Origin: Candidatus Krumholzibacteriia bacterium | Lineage (GTDB): Bacteria; Krumholzibacteriota; Krumholzibacteriia; Krumholzibacteriales; Krumholzibacteriaceae | DNA length: 64,000 nucleotides | Assembly: GCA_963836185.1 (NCBI GenBank) | Contig: CAWIIQ010000001.1 | Span: forward strand, 832,001-896,000 | Direction of reading: 5' to 3' | Shown here: piece by piece, positions 10,840 through 21,837 of the stretch | How positions within the stretch are numbered: position 1 is the first letter of the stretch | How the letters are laid out: every line of letters begins with the position of its first letter | Position numbers and translations under genes: made by a program | Notes under the pieces: model-generated | Told to the model about the DNA's origin: nothing | Database searches by the model: none | What the model saw: only the letters and a program-made list of their open reading frames with translations

Positions 10840-11868
10840 ATGAAGAAGAAAAAGATACTATTCATCGGCGGGACGACTGGCGGCGGCGTCGCGACGATCA
10901 ACAACGAAGTCATCAGGATATTCCGGAAGGCCGGCCACGAGTACGCTCTTGTCGACACCGAGAAGATGAAATCGAAGGTTCCCACTCCGATCGCCTACAT
11001 CCTCTGCTACATCATCGCTTTTTTCGAGATACTCGTCGGAAAGCCCGACCTCGTCTACCTGCAGCTCGCACAGACGGGGTACATGCACCAGAGCTTCTTT
11101 CTCGCGATCGCCAACTTTCTGGGAAAAGAAACGGTCGCTCACCTGCACGCCAAATCGGATCTTAAGGGCACGGCCACGGAGAAGCAGTTTGCCGGCATCA
11201 TCTCTTCACAGAACTATATCGACAAGATCATCCTCCTTACGAAGCCATGCATGGACGACCTCGTCGAGAACGGATGGGACAAGCCCGCGTATGTGATCCC
11301 TAATTTCATCTCGACGGATTCCCTGCCGGAGCGATTTGCGCCGGTAACACAAAGGGACAAAATGCTTTATCTCGGAAGGATGAACTGGGAAAAAGGGATA
11401 TATGAGGTGTTGGAGATCGCAAGGCGCCTCGGAGATGAGCAGATCCTCTTTGTCGGCAATATCGACAACGAACAGGACAGGAAGAAGTTTGCCGAAGAGC
11501 TCGAGTCTGTCGACAACGCATGCTGGCTCGGACCGATGTATGGGAATGAGAAGTATAATATCATAGCCGATTCGAAGTTCCTGATCTTCCCGACAAGGCG
11601 GGACGAGTTTCCCATGACCCTGATAGAATCGACGATCCTCGGTTGCGTGCCGCTGGTCAGTCCGGTCGGATCGGTGGGAGAGATAGTAAGGGACGGATAC
11701 AACGGGTTCTATATATCTCCGGATGACGTCGACGGCATCGTCGAGAAGATAACGCGGTGGAAGGATGATCCGGAACTGCAGAAGATATCGGATAACGGGA
11801 TCGAGTTCGCCCGCGAAAATTTCACGAGTGAAGCGGTGGAAGACAAACTGCTCGAGATAGTGGGATGA
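10840..11868 (+). CDS. Glycosyltransferase family 4
   Basis: YLGRMNWEKG, FPTRRDEFPMTLIES (E-x7-E), VGSVGEIV. Confidence 0.88.
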   Translation: MKKKKILFIGGTTGGGVATINNEVIRIFRKAGHEYALVDTEKMKSKVPTPIAYILCYIIAFFEILVGKPDLVYLQLAQTGYMHQSFFLAIANFLGKETVAHLHAKSDLKGTATEKQFAGIISSQNYIDKIILLTKPCMDDLVENGWDKPAYVIPNFISTDSLPERFAPVTQRDKMLYLGRMNWEKGIYEVLEIARRLGDEQILFVGNIDNEQDRKKFAEELESVDNACWLGPMYGNEKYNIIADSKFLIFPTRRDEFPMTLIESTILGCVPLVSPVGSVGEIVRDGYNGFYISPDDVDGIVEKITRWKDDPELQKISDNGIEFARENFTSEAVEDKLLEIVG

Positions 11869-11869
11869 G

Positions 11870-12976
11870 ATGGTGAAGATCAATTTCATGGGCGACGTGA
11901 TGTTCGCCGAGCTCCTCGAGAACTACCGCAGGGGACTGAGAACCATCCTGCGGAAGAAGGGGCTCGATCCATTCGAGCATGTCCGTCCCGTGCTGGAAGA
12001 GGCGGACCTGAACGTAATCAACCTCGAGTGTATCTTCAGCGATACGTCTATCCTTAGAAAACCGTTCTCAGAGATATTGATAGCGCCCACGGAATCCCTT
12101 AAATATCTGACTAGCAACGGAATAAACGTGGCCAACACGGCCAACAATCATGCCCTGGACCACGGGAAGAAGGAGTTCGAGCGCTCAGTCGGCCTGCTCA
12201 AAGAGAGCGGGATACACGTGATCGGATACGATGCGGGCTGCTATTTCCAGGAAGAGCCAGTTATCGTCGAAACGGGAGGGAAGAGGCTGGGATTTCTCGG
12301 GTACAACATCTCGAACTTCCCCGACGCGGACAAGAGAAAGGCCGTCGACAGGATTAAGGATATCGCGGCATCGGCCGTGCAGTCGATGGACAAGCTGACG
12401 GTCTCGATGCACTGGGGAGAGGAGTATACGTACATCCCTCCGAGGTATGTCGTAGAATTCGGGAAGGAACTGCTCGGCGCCGGGGTCGATATACTGCACG
12501 GCCACCATTCGCATCAGATACAGGGAGTGCTGCAAGAGGAGAACAGGATATTCGCGCCGAGCCTCGGGAACTTCATCTTTGACCAGAAGGTCGCGAGAAA
12601 CAGGATAACAGCTGTTCTCCAGGTCTCGGTTTCCGATGACGGCAGCCTGGATCACAGGTATATGCCGTATTACATGAACGATATCTTTCAGCCCGAGCCG
12701 GCCCCTCAGTACGAGGCCTACATCGAGGAGATAAACGGATATCTGTCGGAATGCTATACTGACGGCGGTTCAGGAAAATACGAGCGGACCGTCGCTGATA
12801 ATGTCACTAGCGGGCACAGCGCCAACAGGATACGTATGAGAGCGGGGATGCTCACCCACTTCTGGGACTTCCTTCCGTATCTCGGGCGGATGATCGCGTT
12901 CAGGCGCAGCGATGAGAGCACCTACTCGGTTATAAAGTGTGAGGAAAGCCTGAAAAGGAAAGCTGAAGGCGATTAA
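11870..12976 (+). CDS. CapA/PGA_cap family metallophosphoesterase-like protein
   Basis: GDVMF, NLEC, ANNHALDHG, MHWGEE, GHHSH, SLGNFIF. Confidence 0.88.
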   Translation: MVKINFMGDVMFAELLENYRRGLRTILRKKGLDPFEHVRPVLEEADLNVINLECIFSDTSILRKPFSEILIAPTESLKYLTSNGINVANTANNHALDHGKKEFERSVGLLKESGIHVIGYDAGCYFQEEPVIVETGGKRLGFLGYNISNFPDADKRKAVDRIKDIAASAVQSMDKLTVSMHWGEEYTYIPPRYVVEFGKELLGAGVDILHGHHSHQIQGVLQEENRIFAPSLGNFIFDQKVARNRITAVLQVSVSDDGSLDHRYMPYYMNDIFQPEPAPQYEAYIEEINGYLSECYTDGGSGKYERTVADNVTSGHSANRIRMRAGMLTHFWDFLPYLGRMIAFRRSDESTYSVIKCEESLKRKAEGD

Positions 12977-14076
12977 TCCCGGACCAGTGTCCGGTACAGA
13001 TTCATATGCTCGCTGGTCATCTTGTCGATGTTGAACTCGTTCTCGATCCTTTCCCTGCCCCTTTTTCCCATACTCGACCTCAAATCATCATCGTTCAACA
13101 GGCAGTTGATTTTTTCAGCCAGAATGGCCGGGGATCTCTGCGGGATGAGGAAGCCCGTTTCACCATCGGTCACGAGTTCCCTTGTGCCGCCGCCATCGGT
13201 CGCGATAACAGGTTTGCTCAGGGCCATGTATTCCATTATCGAGTTCGAGATGCCCTCGCCATGCCTCTCGAGATTGGTCAGAAGGAGCCCGATGTCGAAA
13301 ATATCTATTATCGATTCAACGTCATTTCTATTACCCATGAATATTATTCTGCTGTTCCCTCCAGCCATCTTCTTGATTCTCGGAAGCTCCAGCCCGTCCC
13401 CGACGTAGACGAAGGTGACATCGTCTCTCTGCTTGAGGATTCCCAGGGCCGCTTCTGTCAGCGAATCATAGTCTTTATGGTATTTCAATCCCGCGACCAT
13501 CCCCACAACATACCGGGTACTTATATTCAATTCTTCCATTATCGATGACCTGCCGCTCAGGTTTTCGATACGTTCGAAATCAAAGCCGTTATGGATGAAG
13601 TTGCCTTTTTTAGAGGGCACGCCGTAAGCTTTCAGTCCTGCCTGAGAATTTGCCTGGATGACCTCCGAGAATGGAAACGAGAAAAGTGCCCTTATCTTCT
13701 GTTTCGCATTCAGGCGTGTCGGGGCATCGGCTATCATGGCGTTGATCATCTTGATCCGAAGGGCTTTAGCGACAGGCCCGGCGTAGATAGCGGGCATCGA
13801 ACCCCAGGCATGTATTATGTCTGGACGCCATTCCCGGCATATCTTGCACAGTTTGAAAAAAATGCCGGGATCGAGCCTGATTTTTCTTTTCAGTATTATG
13901 ACTTCGACATTCAGATCATATACTTCTTTATAATGCACTATGTCTGTCAGCAGTATGAGCTTGGCGGAGAATTCCTTTTCCGTGAGCCGTTTGAGTAACT
14001 GGACGAGCCGGCGCTCGGTACCTCCCGGCCCGAGAGCATCGATCATATAAAGTATCCTTGTTCTTTCCCTTTCCAT
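12973..14076 (-). CDS. Glycosyltransferase family 4
   Basis: GPGGTERRL, PDIIHAW, IHNGFD, EGISNSIMEYMA, ATDGGG; start placed at MERERTRILY. Confidence 0.88.
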   Translation of the reverse strand: MERERTRILYMIDALGPGGTERRLVQLLKRLTEKEFSAKLILLTDIVHYKEVYDLNVEVIILKRKIRLDPGIFFKLCKICREWRPDIIHAWGSMPAIYAGPVAKALRIKMINAMIADAPTRLNAKQKIRALFSFPFSEVIQANSQAGLKAYGVPSKKGNFIHNGFDFERIENLSGRSSIMEELNISTRYVVGMVAGLKYHKDYDSLTEAALGILKQRDDVTFVYVGDGLELPRIKKMAGGNSRIIFMGNRNDVESIIDIFDIGLLLTNLERHGEGISNSIMEYMALSKPVIATDGGGTRELVTDGETGFLIPQRSPAILAEKINCLLNDDDLRSSMGKRGRERIENEFNIDKMTSEHMNLYRTLVRD

Positions 14077-14247
14077 TCTTGAAAGGTTAAAAGAATGAAG
14101 CGAAGAATACCACCCAAGAATACGATCCGGCTTAAGCGGGTCAAAAAAAGTGTTAACCCGGCATAATATGTGATAGCTTTGAATTACGGGAAATAATAGG
14201 CTCATGGGCCGTTGAATTTCACCAATCTCAGGCAGGGATGATCCGTC

Positions 14248-15585
14248 GTGAACAAGTATCTTTCCAGGTATCTGCTCCAGCATACACGCCGTGCAAGGAT
14301 GAAGAAATTCAATGAGCTGAAAGAAAACGCCTATAAGCCCAGAGAGACTCTCGCAGACCAGCAGGAAGCTGGATTCTCAAGACTTATCAACCACGCTGTA
14401 ACCAACGTTCCCTATTACCGGGAGATACTCAGCGACCTCTCTATACAGTCCCTGAGTGATATTGTCTCGATCCCCTTCCTGACAAAGAAGGTGATACGCG
14501 AAAACATCGAGGCCCTGAAAGCTGAGAATATCCCCAGGGAGAGGTTCATTCCGAATTCTACGGGAGGCTCTACGGGAGAAAAGCTGGAATTCTTCGGTGA
14601 TACGGATCAGATCCTTGCCTCTCTGCTTCTCAGGAGCAACAGCTGGACCGGATGGGATGTTGGAGAGAAACAGATGCAGTTGTGGGGGGCTCACTACGAT
14701 CTCTCGAGAGTCAGTGATTTCGTCAACAGGCTTAAAAGCTCCGTAATACAGCGAAATATACTTCTATCATCGTACGATATGACTGAAGAGGATATGCGTG
14801 ACTACCACGGCAAGATCAACCGGTACAGGCCCGCGCTTATCACCGGGTATCCATCGGCGATGGCCCTCTTTTCAGAGTTCATCAGAGGGAACGGCCTCAC
14901 CGCACACAGCCCGAAGGGTATCGTTACATCCGCGGAAACACTCTACGAGCACCAGAGGAAGACGATCGAATCGGTCTTCGGCTGCAAGGTCCTGAACCGG
15001 TACGGATGCAGGGAAGTCGGGAATATCGCGCAGGAGTGCCTGGAACAGAACGGGCTGCATATTTTTACGGAGCATCTGATCATCGAGATCGTCGACGAGA
15101 AAGGGAATCCCTGTAAAACGGGTGAGACCGGAGAGATAGTCGTCACCAACCTCGATAACTTTACTTTTCCCTTCATCCGCTACAGGATCGGTGATATAGG
15201 GTCCCTGTCCGGGAGGACATGTCCCTGCGGGCGGAACCTGCCGATGCTGGAAGAGGTGAAAGGAAGAGTGTTCGATATCATAGTCGGAGCAAACGGCAAC
15301 CATCTTTCGGGGACTTATTGGACCATCCTGCTGAGGGAGTACGCTGAAGGGATATCCAGCTACCAGGTGATTCAGGAGGAATATGGCAGGCTGCTTTTGA
15401 AATTGATAACGGACAGCAGGTTTGATGAAGGCGAAAAAGCCAGGCTTATCGAAGGAATAAAAGAAAAATGCGGCAAGGATATGATCGTTGATATCGAGGT
15501 CGTCGATAATATCCCTCTGACCGAATCGGGGAAGCACAGGTTTGTCATCTCGAAGGTTTCCCCTTACCTGGGCGGAAGTGTCTAA
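14248..15585 (+). CDS. Phenylacetate-CoA ligase/CapK family adenylate-forming enzyme
   Basis: NVPYY, STGGSTGE, GYPSA, YGCRE, FPFIRYRIGD, SGKHRFV. Confidence 0.88.
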   Translation: MNKYLSRYLLQHTRRARMKKFNELKENAYKPRETLADQQEAGFSRLINHAVTNVPYYREILSDLSIQSLSDIVSIPFLTKKVIRENIEALKAENIPRERFIPNSTGGSTGEKLEFFGDTDQILASLLLRSNSWTGWDVGEKQMQLWGAHYDLSRVSDFVNRLKSSVIQRNILLSSYDMTEEDMRDYHGKINRYRPALITGYPSAMALFSEFIRGNGLTAHSPKGIVTSAETLYEHQRKTIESVFGCKVLNRYGCREVGNIAQECLEQNGLHIFTEHLIIEIVDEKGNPCKTGETGEIVVTNLDNFTFPFIRYRIGDIGSLSGRTCPCGRNLPMLEEVKGRVFDIIVGANGNHLSGTYWTILLREYAEGISSYQVIQEEYGRLLLKLITDSRFDEGEKARLIEGIKEKCGKDMIVDIEVVDNIPLTESGKHRFVISKVSPYLGGSV

Positions 15586-15597
15586 CAGAAGCTGGCA

Positions 15598-16692
15598 ATG
15601 AAAATATTATTTGTCTCACAACAGATCTACCCGTGTTTTACAGGGGGGACCGAGATATTCAACTATTATCTCGCGCGCGAGCTGGCGCGGGATAATGATG
15701 TCACGCTCTTTACTTACTGTGACTCGGAAAATGAGGGAATCGACCTGGTCAGAGTGAAGTACACCCGGCCCACCAGGTATATGACCCCGATAAGATTAGC
15801 TCGATATATAATCAAGCACCGCGACAAGATTGATGTCGTATTCCTTTCGTACAGCCGGTCACACTGGTTTGGGTGGTCGCTTTTTCCCGTTCTCAGGAAG
15901 CTGTTCGGGATAAGGTATGTTATCACGATACACGGAGGAGGGTTGACTCCGTGGAAGCCTTTCTTCCTCTATAAGTGGTCTTTCACGAATGCCTTCAGGT
16001 TGATAGGGATCTCGGAACGGATATGTGTCGAATACAGAAAGAGGACAGGGAAGGAAGTCAGGTACCTGCCGCCATTGTTCCCCTTCCGGAGAAGTGAAAG
16101 GAACGGGAGCGCGATCAGGGAAAGGTTTGATATCCCGCAGGACGCTAGGGTGATCCTCTATGTCGGCTCGCTAAAAGGGCTAAAATCTCCCGTTACACTG
16201 GTCGATGCGTTCAACACGCTCGATAAGGGGTTTGTCACCGATGAGAACCTCTATCTCGTTCTGGCGGGGGATGGTCCGTTACGGGAAGAGCTCGAGAGGA
16301 AGGCTGAATACAGAGACAGGACGCTGTTTCTGGGGAACGTTCCGAGAGAAGATATGCCGGACCTTTACAGGATCGCAGATCTGTATGTAATGACATCACA
16401 GTTCGAGGGCACGCCCCTCTCGCTTCTCGAGGCCGTCTATAACCGGGTGCCGGTCATCGGCTCTGATGTCGGCGGGATAAACGCGATCATCGAGAACGGA
16501 CGGAATGGGATACTCTTTGAATACAAGGACTATTCGGAGCTGGCAGCCGGCATACAGAGATTGTTGGCCGATGGGGAGATGCGCGATTCCTTCGTCGGGG
16601 AGGCTGAAAAGAAGTACATGAAGAATTATTCATTCGAGAAGGTGCTGAGCTCCTACCAGGAAATATTCAGCGAGGCGACTGATGAAGCGTGA
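15598..16692 (+). CDS. Glycosyltransferase family 4
   Basis: GGTE, TIHG, AGDGPLR, EGTPLSLLEA, SDVGG. Confidence 0.9.
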   Translation: MKILFVSQQIYPCFTGGTEIFNYYLARELARDNDVTLFTYCDSENEGIDLVRVKYTRPTRYMTPIRLARYIIKHRDKIDVVFLSYSRSHWFGWSLFPVLRKLFGIRYVITIHGGGLTPWKPFFLYKWSFTNAFRLIGISERICVEYRKRTGKEVRYLPPLFPFRRSERNGSAIRERFDIPQDARVILYVGSLKGLKSPVTLVDAFNTLDKGFVTDENLYLVLAGDGPLREELERKAEYRDRTLFLGNVPREDMPDLYRIADLYVMTSQFEGTPLSLLEAVYNRVPVIGSDVGGINAIIENGRNGILFEYKDYSELAAGIQRLLADGEMRDSFVGEAEKKYMKNYSFEKVLSSYQEIFSEATDEA

Positions 16693-17890
16693 AACCCCTG
16701 TCCCGGTATTGATGTACCATACTATTGGAATCCCGGATCCCGACTGGCAGTGGCGGCATCTCACCTGTCCACACGACGTATTTGATGACCAGATGAAATG
16801 GCTGAAGAGATCCGGCTTTGTTTCTGTGACCCTGGCCGATCTTTACGATTCAATATTCAATGACAAGATACTGCCGCGGAAATCGTTTATCCTGACCTTC
16901 GACGACGGATACGCTGACAACTGGGTCTTCGCATATCCTGTCCTGAAGAAATATGGATTCAAAGGCACTGTCTTTGTAAATCCCGAATTCGTCGACAAGA
17001 GGGATATCGTCCGGAAACGTCTCGATCAGGCTGGTTCAGCCGAATCACTCGACCCGGAAGATATCAGGGGGTTTCTCAGTTGGCAGGAGATGGTGAGGGC
17101 CGGTGAGGACGGCGTTCTCGACATTCAGGGTCACGCGATGACGCATACCTGGTACCCGGTCTCCGAAAAGATTGTCGATTTCCGGCACCCCGGAGATCCA
17201 TACATATGGATGACCTGGAATAATAATGTCGAACGGAAACCTTACCTGCAGAACGACGACGAATCCCTGATAAACTGGGGGGACCCTGTTTATGAGCATG
17301 GCAAGAGCCTCTCTTCCCCGAGATTCTTCCCCAACGAAGAGGTAGCGGTCAGAATCAGAGAATACGTCAAGGCCGGGGGGGGAAAAGAGTTTTTCAAGAA
17401 GACGGGCTGGAAAGAGATCCTTTTCGAGCGGGCCGAGAAAATAAGACGGGACCTGGAGCCGGGACGCTATGAAACGGAGAGTGAATTCAAGGAGCGTCTT
17501 CGCGATGAATTGAGCGAATCAAAGAGAATAATCGAACAGAGACTCGACAAGACGATCGATTTTCTCTGCTGGCCCGGAGGGAGCGGCTCTGAAACAGGAA
17601 CAGGTTTCGCGAAGCAGTTAGGATACAAGATGTCGACGGCCGCGAAGGATATGCCTCTGTCGGTGCGAAACGAACTTTTGAACCTGCCTTCCCAGAAATC
17701 AGACAGGATCGCGAGGACTTCGCCGATATTGTTCTGGGATGGAAAGGAGACCGCTGAATCGAGGATGATATACGATTCCGGATTCACGATCGTCCTGAAT
17801 TTGCTCGTATACAAGAAGAGCGGCTTCGCTCATATCTGGGGCAGGTTTATCAGGAAGGTCCTGAAGGAATATCACAGGCTCACGGGTTGA
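16682..17890 (+). CDS. Polysaccharide deacetylase (CE4/NodB) with an insertion
   Basis: PVLMYH, LTFDDGY, LSW, HAMTH, FLCWPGG. Confidence 0.88.
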   Translation: MKRETPVPVLMYHTIGIPDPDWQWRHLTCPHDVFDDQMKWLKRSGFVSVTLADLYDSIFNDKILPRKSFILTFDDGYADNWVFAYPVLKKYGFKGTVFVNPEFVDKRDIVRKRLDQAGSAESLDPEDIRGFLSWQEMVRAGEDGVLDIQGHAMTHTWYPVSEKIVDFRHPGDPYIWMTWNNNVERKPYLQNDDESLINWGDPVYEHGKSLSSPRFFPNEEVAVRIREYVKAGGGKEFFKKTGWKEILFERAEKIRRDLEPGRYETESEFKERLRDELSESKRIIEQRLDKTIDFLCWPGGSGSETGTGFAKQLGYKMSTAAKDMPLSVRNELLNLPSQKSDRIARTSPILFWDGKETAESRMIYDSGFTIVLNLLVYKKSGFAHIWGRFIRKVLKEYHRLTG

Positions 17891-18438
17891 TCCCTGGCAG
17901 CGATCAACCTGTCGATACTCTCCCTGTCATAATCGAGAAGTTCGAGATGCCTTGCCAGGTCCTCGTCCGAAAACCGTTTCTTTACCGGTTTTGCCGGGCT
18001 GCCGACAGCGATCGTGTATGGCGGTATATCCTTTGTGACGATACTGCCGGCTCCGATGACCGAGCCCTCCCCGATCGTGACACCCTTGAGGATCGTCACC
18101 CTGGAGCCTATCCAGACATCCTTCTCTATCGTGACGGGAAGATTGTTTCCCTCCTTGAGCTGATGGAAACGCTTTCCCACGTGCTCGAACTCATGGTCGC
18201 CCCCCATGATTATCAGGCGAGGGCCGGCTACGACTCCGTCACCGATCTTCAACGATACGAGAACGGAGATATGGAATCCCTCTCCAAGGAAGACATTGTC
18301 GCCTATCTCGGCCCGGTCAGGCCTGGCGAAGAAGCTCGATAGGGGGTCCCATCTGAAGTTTGTCCCGCACGAGCCGAACTTTCTTTTGTACCAGGTCCTC
18401 GCAATCAGCTTTCTCACTCTTCTGAGGCTGCTTTCCAT
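17872..18438 (-). CDS. Left-handed beta-helix (hexapeptide) O-acyltransferase
   Basis: IEKDVWIGSRVTILKGVTIGEGSVIGAGSIVTKDIPPYTIAVGSPAK. Confidence 0.9.
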   Translation of the reverse strand: MESSLRRVRKLIARTWYKRKFGSCGTNFRWDPLSSFFARPDRAEIGDNVFLGEGFHISVLVSLKIGDGVVAGPRLIIMGGDHEFEHVGKRFHQLKEGNNLPVTIEKDVWIGSRVTILKGVTIGEGSVIGAGSIVTKDIPPYTIAVGSPAKPVKKRFSDEDLARHLELLDYDRESIDRLIAARDQPVSL

Positions 18439-18469
18439 GAGTCTTTTTTCTCCCCGATTGTATTTCCGT

Positions 18470-20308
18470 TCAGGAAAATGATAAAATATTTCTTAGCCAC
18501 ACCTCGAGAGAGATTATAGAGAAAATATCCGACCATGCGAAATCTGATTCTTCCTTAAGAAATTCCTCCCAGAGCGCTATGAGTTCCTCCGTTTTGAATA
18601 TTCCGCGTTCTGAGATATCGGATGCATCGAATGAAAGTCTCGCCTCGCCGGGAGTATCTGAACGCAGCCATTGTTCAAAGGGTGCGATGAAAGCTGATTT
18701 TTCCCTTTCGAAGATATGATACCTGCCGGCGAGACTGATCTCGAGGTGGCGATACTGTCCGCTGCGATGTTTGAGATGGGTTGGGACACTGAATCCAAAT
18801 TCGACCATTCTCCTGTCCATGAAGGGATGGAACAGTTCGACTCCGTTGCGGCGGGCCAGCTCGTCACATTTGCCCAATATCTTGTTGCCTTCAAAGTTTA
18901 TCATCCGGGAATATAAAAGCATATCGGTAAGATCGCTCGTCCCCGATTCGGCATAATCATCGAGGTATTTTTCATGCACCTTCCGGAAGTTACTCGTTTC
19001 AACGGCGAGGAACTCATCGATCACCTTCCCGTCCAGTTTTGAGCCGAGCCACCGCTGTCTGCCTTGGCGGAACTCTGAATATTGGCTGATGATCCCCGCC
19101 CGCGGGAACAGGCGGCTGAGCGCGCCCGCGCCCCGGCTTATCATTTCGAGCAGATAGCTGTCGAAAGGCCTGCCTGAATCCAGAAATCTGAGGAACCGGT
19201 GGATCTTATCCATTTTTATATAGGTATCCGGGATGCCGAAGACCACTTCTCCTCCGAATCCGCTCATGACTGAAGTAACACCATCCTTGCCGGCGGCGAG
19301 GGTTCCGAGATAGATATGCCAGGCTCCGACGGCAGGGGTAGGATAAGACTTCACGAGGGGGATGAGGCTTTTCCGGAAGGTGTCTTCATTAAGGACTATC
19401 TCGTGGTGGATTGTGCCAAAATGGGCTGAAACCTTCTGTATGAACCTTTCATCCGTTCCCTCCGGGTCGAGAAATATCGAGTATGTATGGACAGGTCTGT
19501 CAGTGATCGAACGCACCATGCAGAGGATCAGCGTCGAATCGACTCCACCGCTCAGAAGCATCCCGATTTCATCGCTCTGTCCAATGTTTTCCTCGAGTAC
19601 CTCCAGGAGGATTGATTCAGCAGTGTCGATCGCTTCCTTCTCATCCATCTTTTTCTTTTGTATCGGCAACTTGTAGTATTGCTCTATATCAATAGTGGAG
19701 CTACTCAAAGTAATGCAATGTCCTGGACGTACGCCTCTTACATCGATGAAAGGAGTCTCTGACGCCGGGAACGCCTTGTCGTAAAGGAAGTAGGAGATCG
19801 CCTCGAAGTCGAGTAAGGAGGAAGCGATCCCCGAACCCGTAAGCGCCTCTATCCGGGAGGCTGCCGCCACGATGCCGTTTTTGCCTGTCGAGTAAAAAAG
19901 CGGCAGGAAGCCGGAATGATCCCTGAAAACCAGTATCCGATCATTTTTGCCGTCAAAGATCGCGATATTGAAGCTGCCGTAAAGCCTGTTTACGAACTGA
20001 GAGCCTGATTGGAGGAACAAGCGGGATATGAGTTCAGCGGATCCAGAACATGGCGCAAGCCCATCCTCAAGTTTGCGGGCATTGATCAGGCTTCCGGAAA
20101 AGGCGACAGCAATCCTGTTTGCCGCGTCGTGATAGAAAGAGCTGCCATAAGCATTTCCCGAGGACGCTATCCCGAAACGTCCGGAATCATCGACGTGCAA
20201 CATTGTCTCGTCGGGTATCTCACCCGATTGGATGTGGATCATTTTCTTGAGAAGGTACCCGGGTTCTCCCGCCGAATCGAGGGAGACCGCACATATTGTG
20301 TTAATCAA
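18470..20308 (-). CDS. Asparagine synthetase-like amide ligase lacking the N-terminal catalytic Cys
   Basis: RDHSGFLPLFY, LLSGGVDS PP-loop, MSGFGGE, HPFMD; N-terminus is MINTICAV rather than MCG. Confidence 0.85.
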   Translation of the reverse strand: MINTICAVSLDSAGEPGYLLKKMIHIQSGEIPDETMLHVDDSGRFGIASSGNAYGSSFYHDAANRIAVAFSGSLINARKLEDGLAPCSGSAELISRLFLQSGSQFVNRLYGSFNIAIFDGKNDRILVFRDHSGFLPLFYSTGKNGIVAAASRIEALTGSGIASSLLDFEAISYFLYDKAFPASETPFIDVRGVRPGHCITLSSSTIDIEQYYKLPIQKKKMDEKEAIDTAESILLEVLEENIGQSDEIGMLLSGGVDSTLILCMVRSITDRPVHTYSIFLDPEGTDERFIQKVSAHFGTIHHEIVLNEDTFRKSLIPLVKSYPTPAVGAWHIYLGTLAAGKDGVTSVMSGFGGEVVFGIPDTYIKMDKIHRFLRFLDSGRPFDSYLLEMISRGAGALSRLFPRAGIISQYSEFRQGRQRWLGSKLDGKVIDEFLAVETSNFRKVHEKYLDDYAESGTSDLTDMLLYSRMINFEGNKILGKCDELARRNGVELFHPFMDRRMVEFGFSVPTHLKHRSGQYRHLEISLAGRYHIFEREKSAFIAPFEQWLRSDTPGEARLSFDASDISERGIFKTEELIALWEEFLKEESDFAWSDIFSIISLEVWLRNILSFS

Positions 20309-20348
20309 ATCGTTCGTGTCCTTTCAGTTATCAGCAATGGCAAAGATG

Positions 20349-21578
20349 TTATTTTACGAGTTTCTCTTTCAGTCTGGACTTCGTGGTCCGGTACAGGCTC
20401 CTGCAGTATCCGGTCAGGAAACTCGAAACAACCGTCTTTGTCTTCTGATATACACTGAACGGTCTCGCAGCGAGGAGTTCCTCGTAAAGCAGTTCCAGTT
20501 TCTCCGCCCCGGCTCTGTACCCGTAGTTTTCGATTACGTATCCCCTGGAGAATGCAGCGAGACTCTTGTATGTATCCCTGTCGCTGATGATCTCTGCGAT
20601 CATATCGGCCAGTTCTGACGGCTCCCGCGGGGAGTCGATGTTCCTTCCAGCGAAGTTGTAGTACTGCAGTTCCTCGACCGTGTCGCTCCTGACGACTCCG
20701 GCCAGGCCGTTCTCGCCGACGATACATGTCGGTTTGCTTGTTGCCATCCCCTCGAAAGCGGACCTGCCGATCCCGATGACGATATTGGACCAGGACAGGA
20801 ATTCAGGAGTACGGTCAATACTCCCGAGAAGTATTATCACCTTACGCCCGTATCTGGCATTTATACCGTCCGCGTACTTTTCGAAACGCTCTCTCAGCGG
20901 GCCGTCCCCCGCTATGGCAAGCGTTACTTCCATGCCTTTTTCCGCCATTAACCCGGCCGCGTCCATCGCGTTGTAAACTGACCCGGCCTTCGGGACATCA
21001 AGCCTGCTCATGAAAGCGAGCTTTGTTCCGCTGCCGGGCAGACCCTTCTCTTCGACGAAGCCGGACCAGTCGATATCGACGCTGAACCTGTCGAGATCGA
21101 CACGGTTAGGCATTACGATCATCTCTCCGGCATGCTTGCCGATATACGGCCTGGCGTGATCGAGGAATTCCTCGGCAACGAAGATCACCTTTCCCGGGTA
21201 ATCAGGATAGGTGAACGTGCCCTGGAACCACACAGCGGTAAAGACGACGGGAATGTCCTTTCGCGGGGCGATCATAAGGGAGAGAAAATAGTGATTAGGG
21301 TGAAAGACATGAACGATGTCTATCGAATAATCCTCTATAGTCTTTTTAAGGATGCGTCCGGCTTTACAATTGAGGTGAAACATCAGAGGAAGGGAGGCAT
21401 GGTACGGTGCGGAGATCAGAGGTATCCCGGTCTTCTCGAGGAGTTCCTCGTACATTCCGCCCTCTTTCGAGAAGAAATATACCTGGTGGCCCCGTTCCTT
21501 CAGCCCTTTAGCCAGGGTGATGGAGGTCTTGGGCGCTCCCCCTAGATCAAGCCATGGATAGCAGAAAAGGATACGCAT
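20349..21578 (-). CDS. Glycosyltransferase family 4
   Basis: LGGAPK, DIVH, PNRVDL, IAGDGPLR, GRSAFEGMA. Confidence 0.85.
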   Translation of the reverse strand: MRILFCYPWLDLGGAPKTSITLAKGLKERGHQVYFFSKEGGMYEELLEKTGIPLISAPYHASLPLMFHLNCKAGRILKKTIEDYSIDIVHVFHPNHYFLSLMIAPRKDIPVVFTAVWFQGTFTYPDYPGKVIFVAEEFLDHARPYIGKHAGEMIVMPNRVDLDRFSVDIDWSGFVEEKGLPGSGTKLAFMSRLDVPKAGSVYNAMDAAGLMAEKGMEVTLAIAGDGPLRERFEKYADGINARYGRKVIILLGSIDRTPEFLSWSNIVIGIGRSAFEGMATSKPTCIVGENGLAGVVRSDTVEELQYYNFAGRNIDSPREPSELADMIAEIISDRDTYKSLAAFSRGYVIENYGYRAGAEKLELLYEELLAARPFSVYQKTKTVVSSFLTGYCRSLYRTTKSRLKEKLVK

Positions 21579-21837
21579 GAAATATCAACGCTTTCGATAA
21601 GATCAATCGTTACAGAGAATTCCGGAGGCTTTAATCCAGCCTTTCCTTCATCGGGCATATATTATACAATATCAGGATGGTACAAGTCTTGCGAAAAGTA
21701 TGTCACAACGCAAGTTATGCTAAAAATCCTGTTAGATGACAGGAAAACTGGCATTACTATGGTCTGCATAGCGTATCATGTGTATATCGGCAGTACCGGT
21801 AAGTGTCGAACGGCAGACAGTTCGCAACGAGGTCAGG

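Noticed and set aside
11870-12976. Poly-gamma-glutamate capsule synthesis
   Set aside because: Only CapA-like genes are present; there is no capB/capC in the window.
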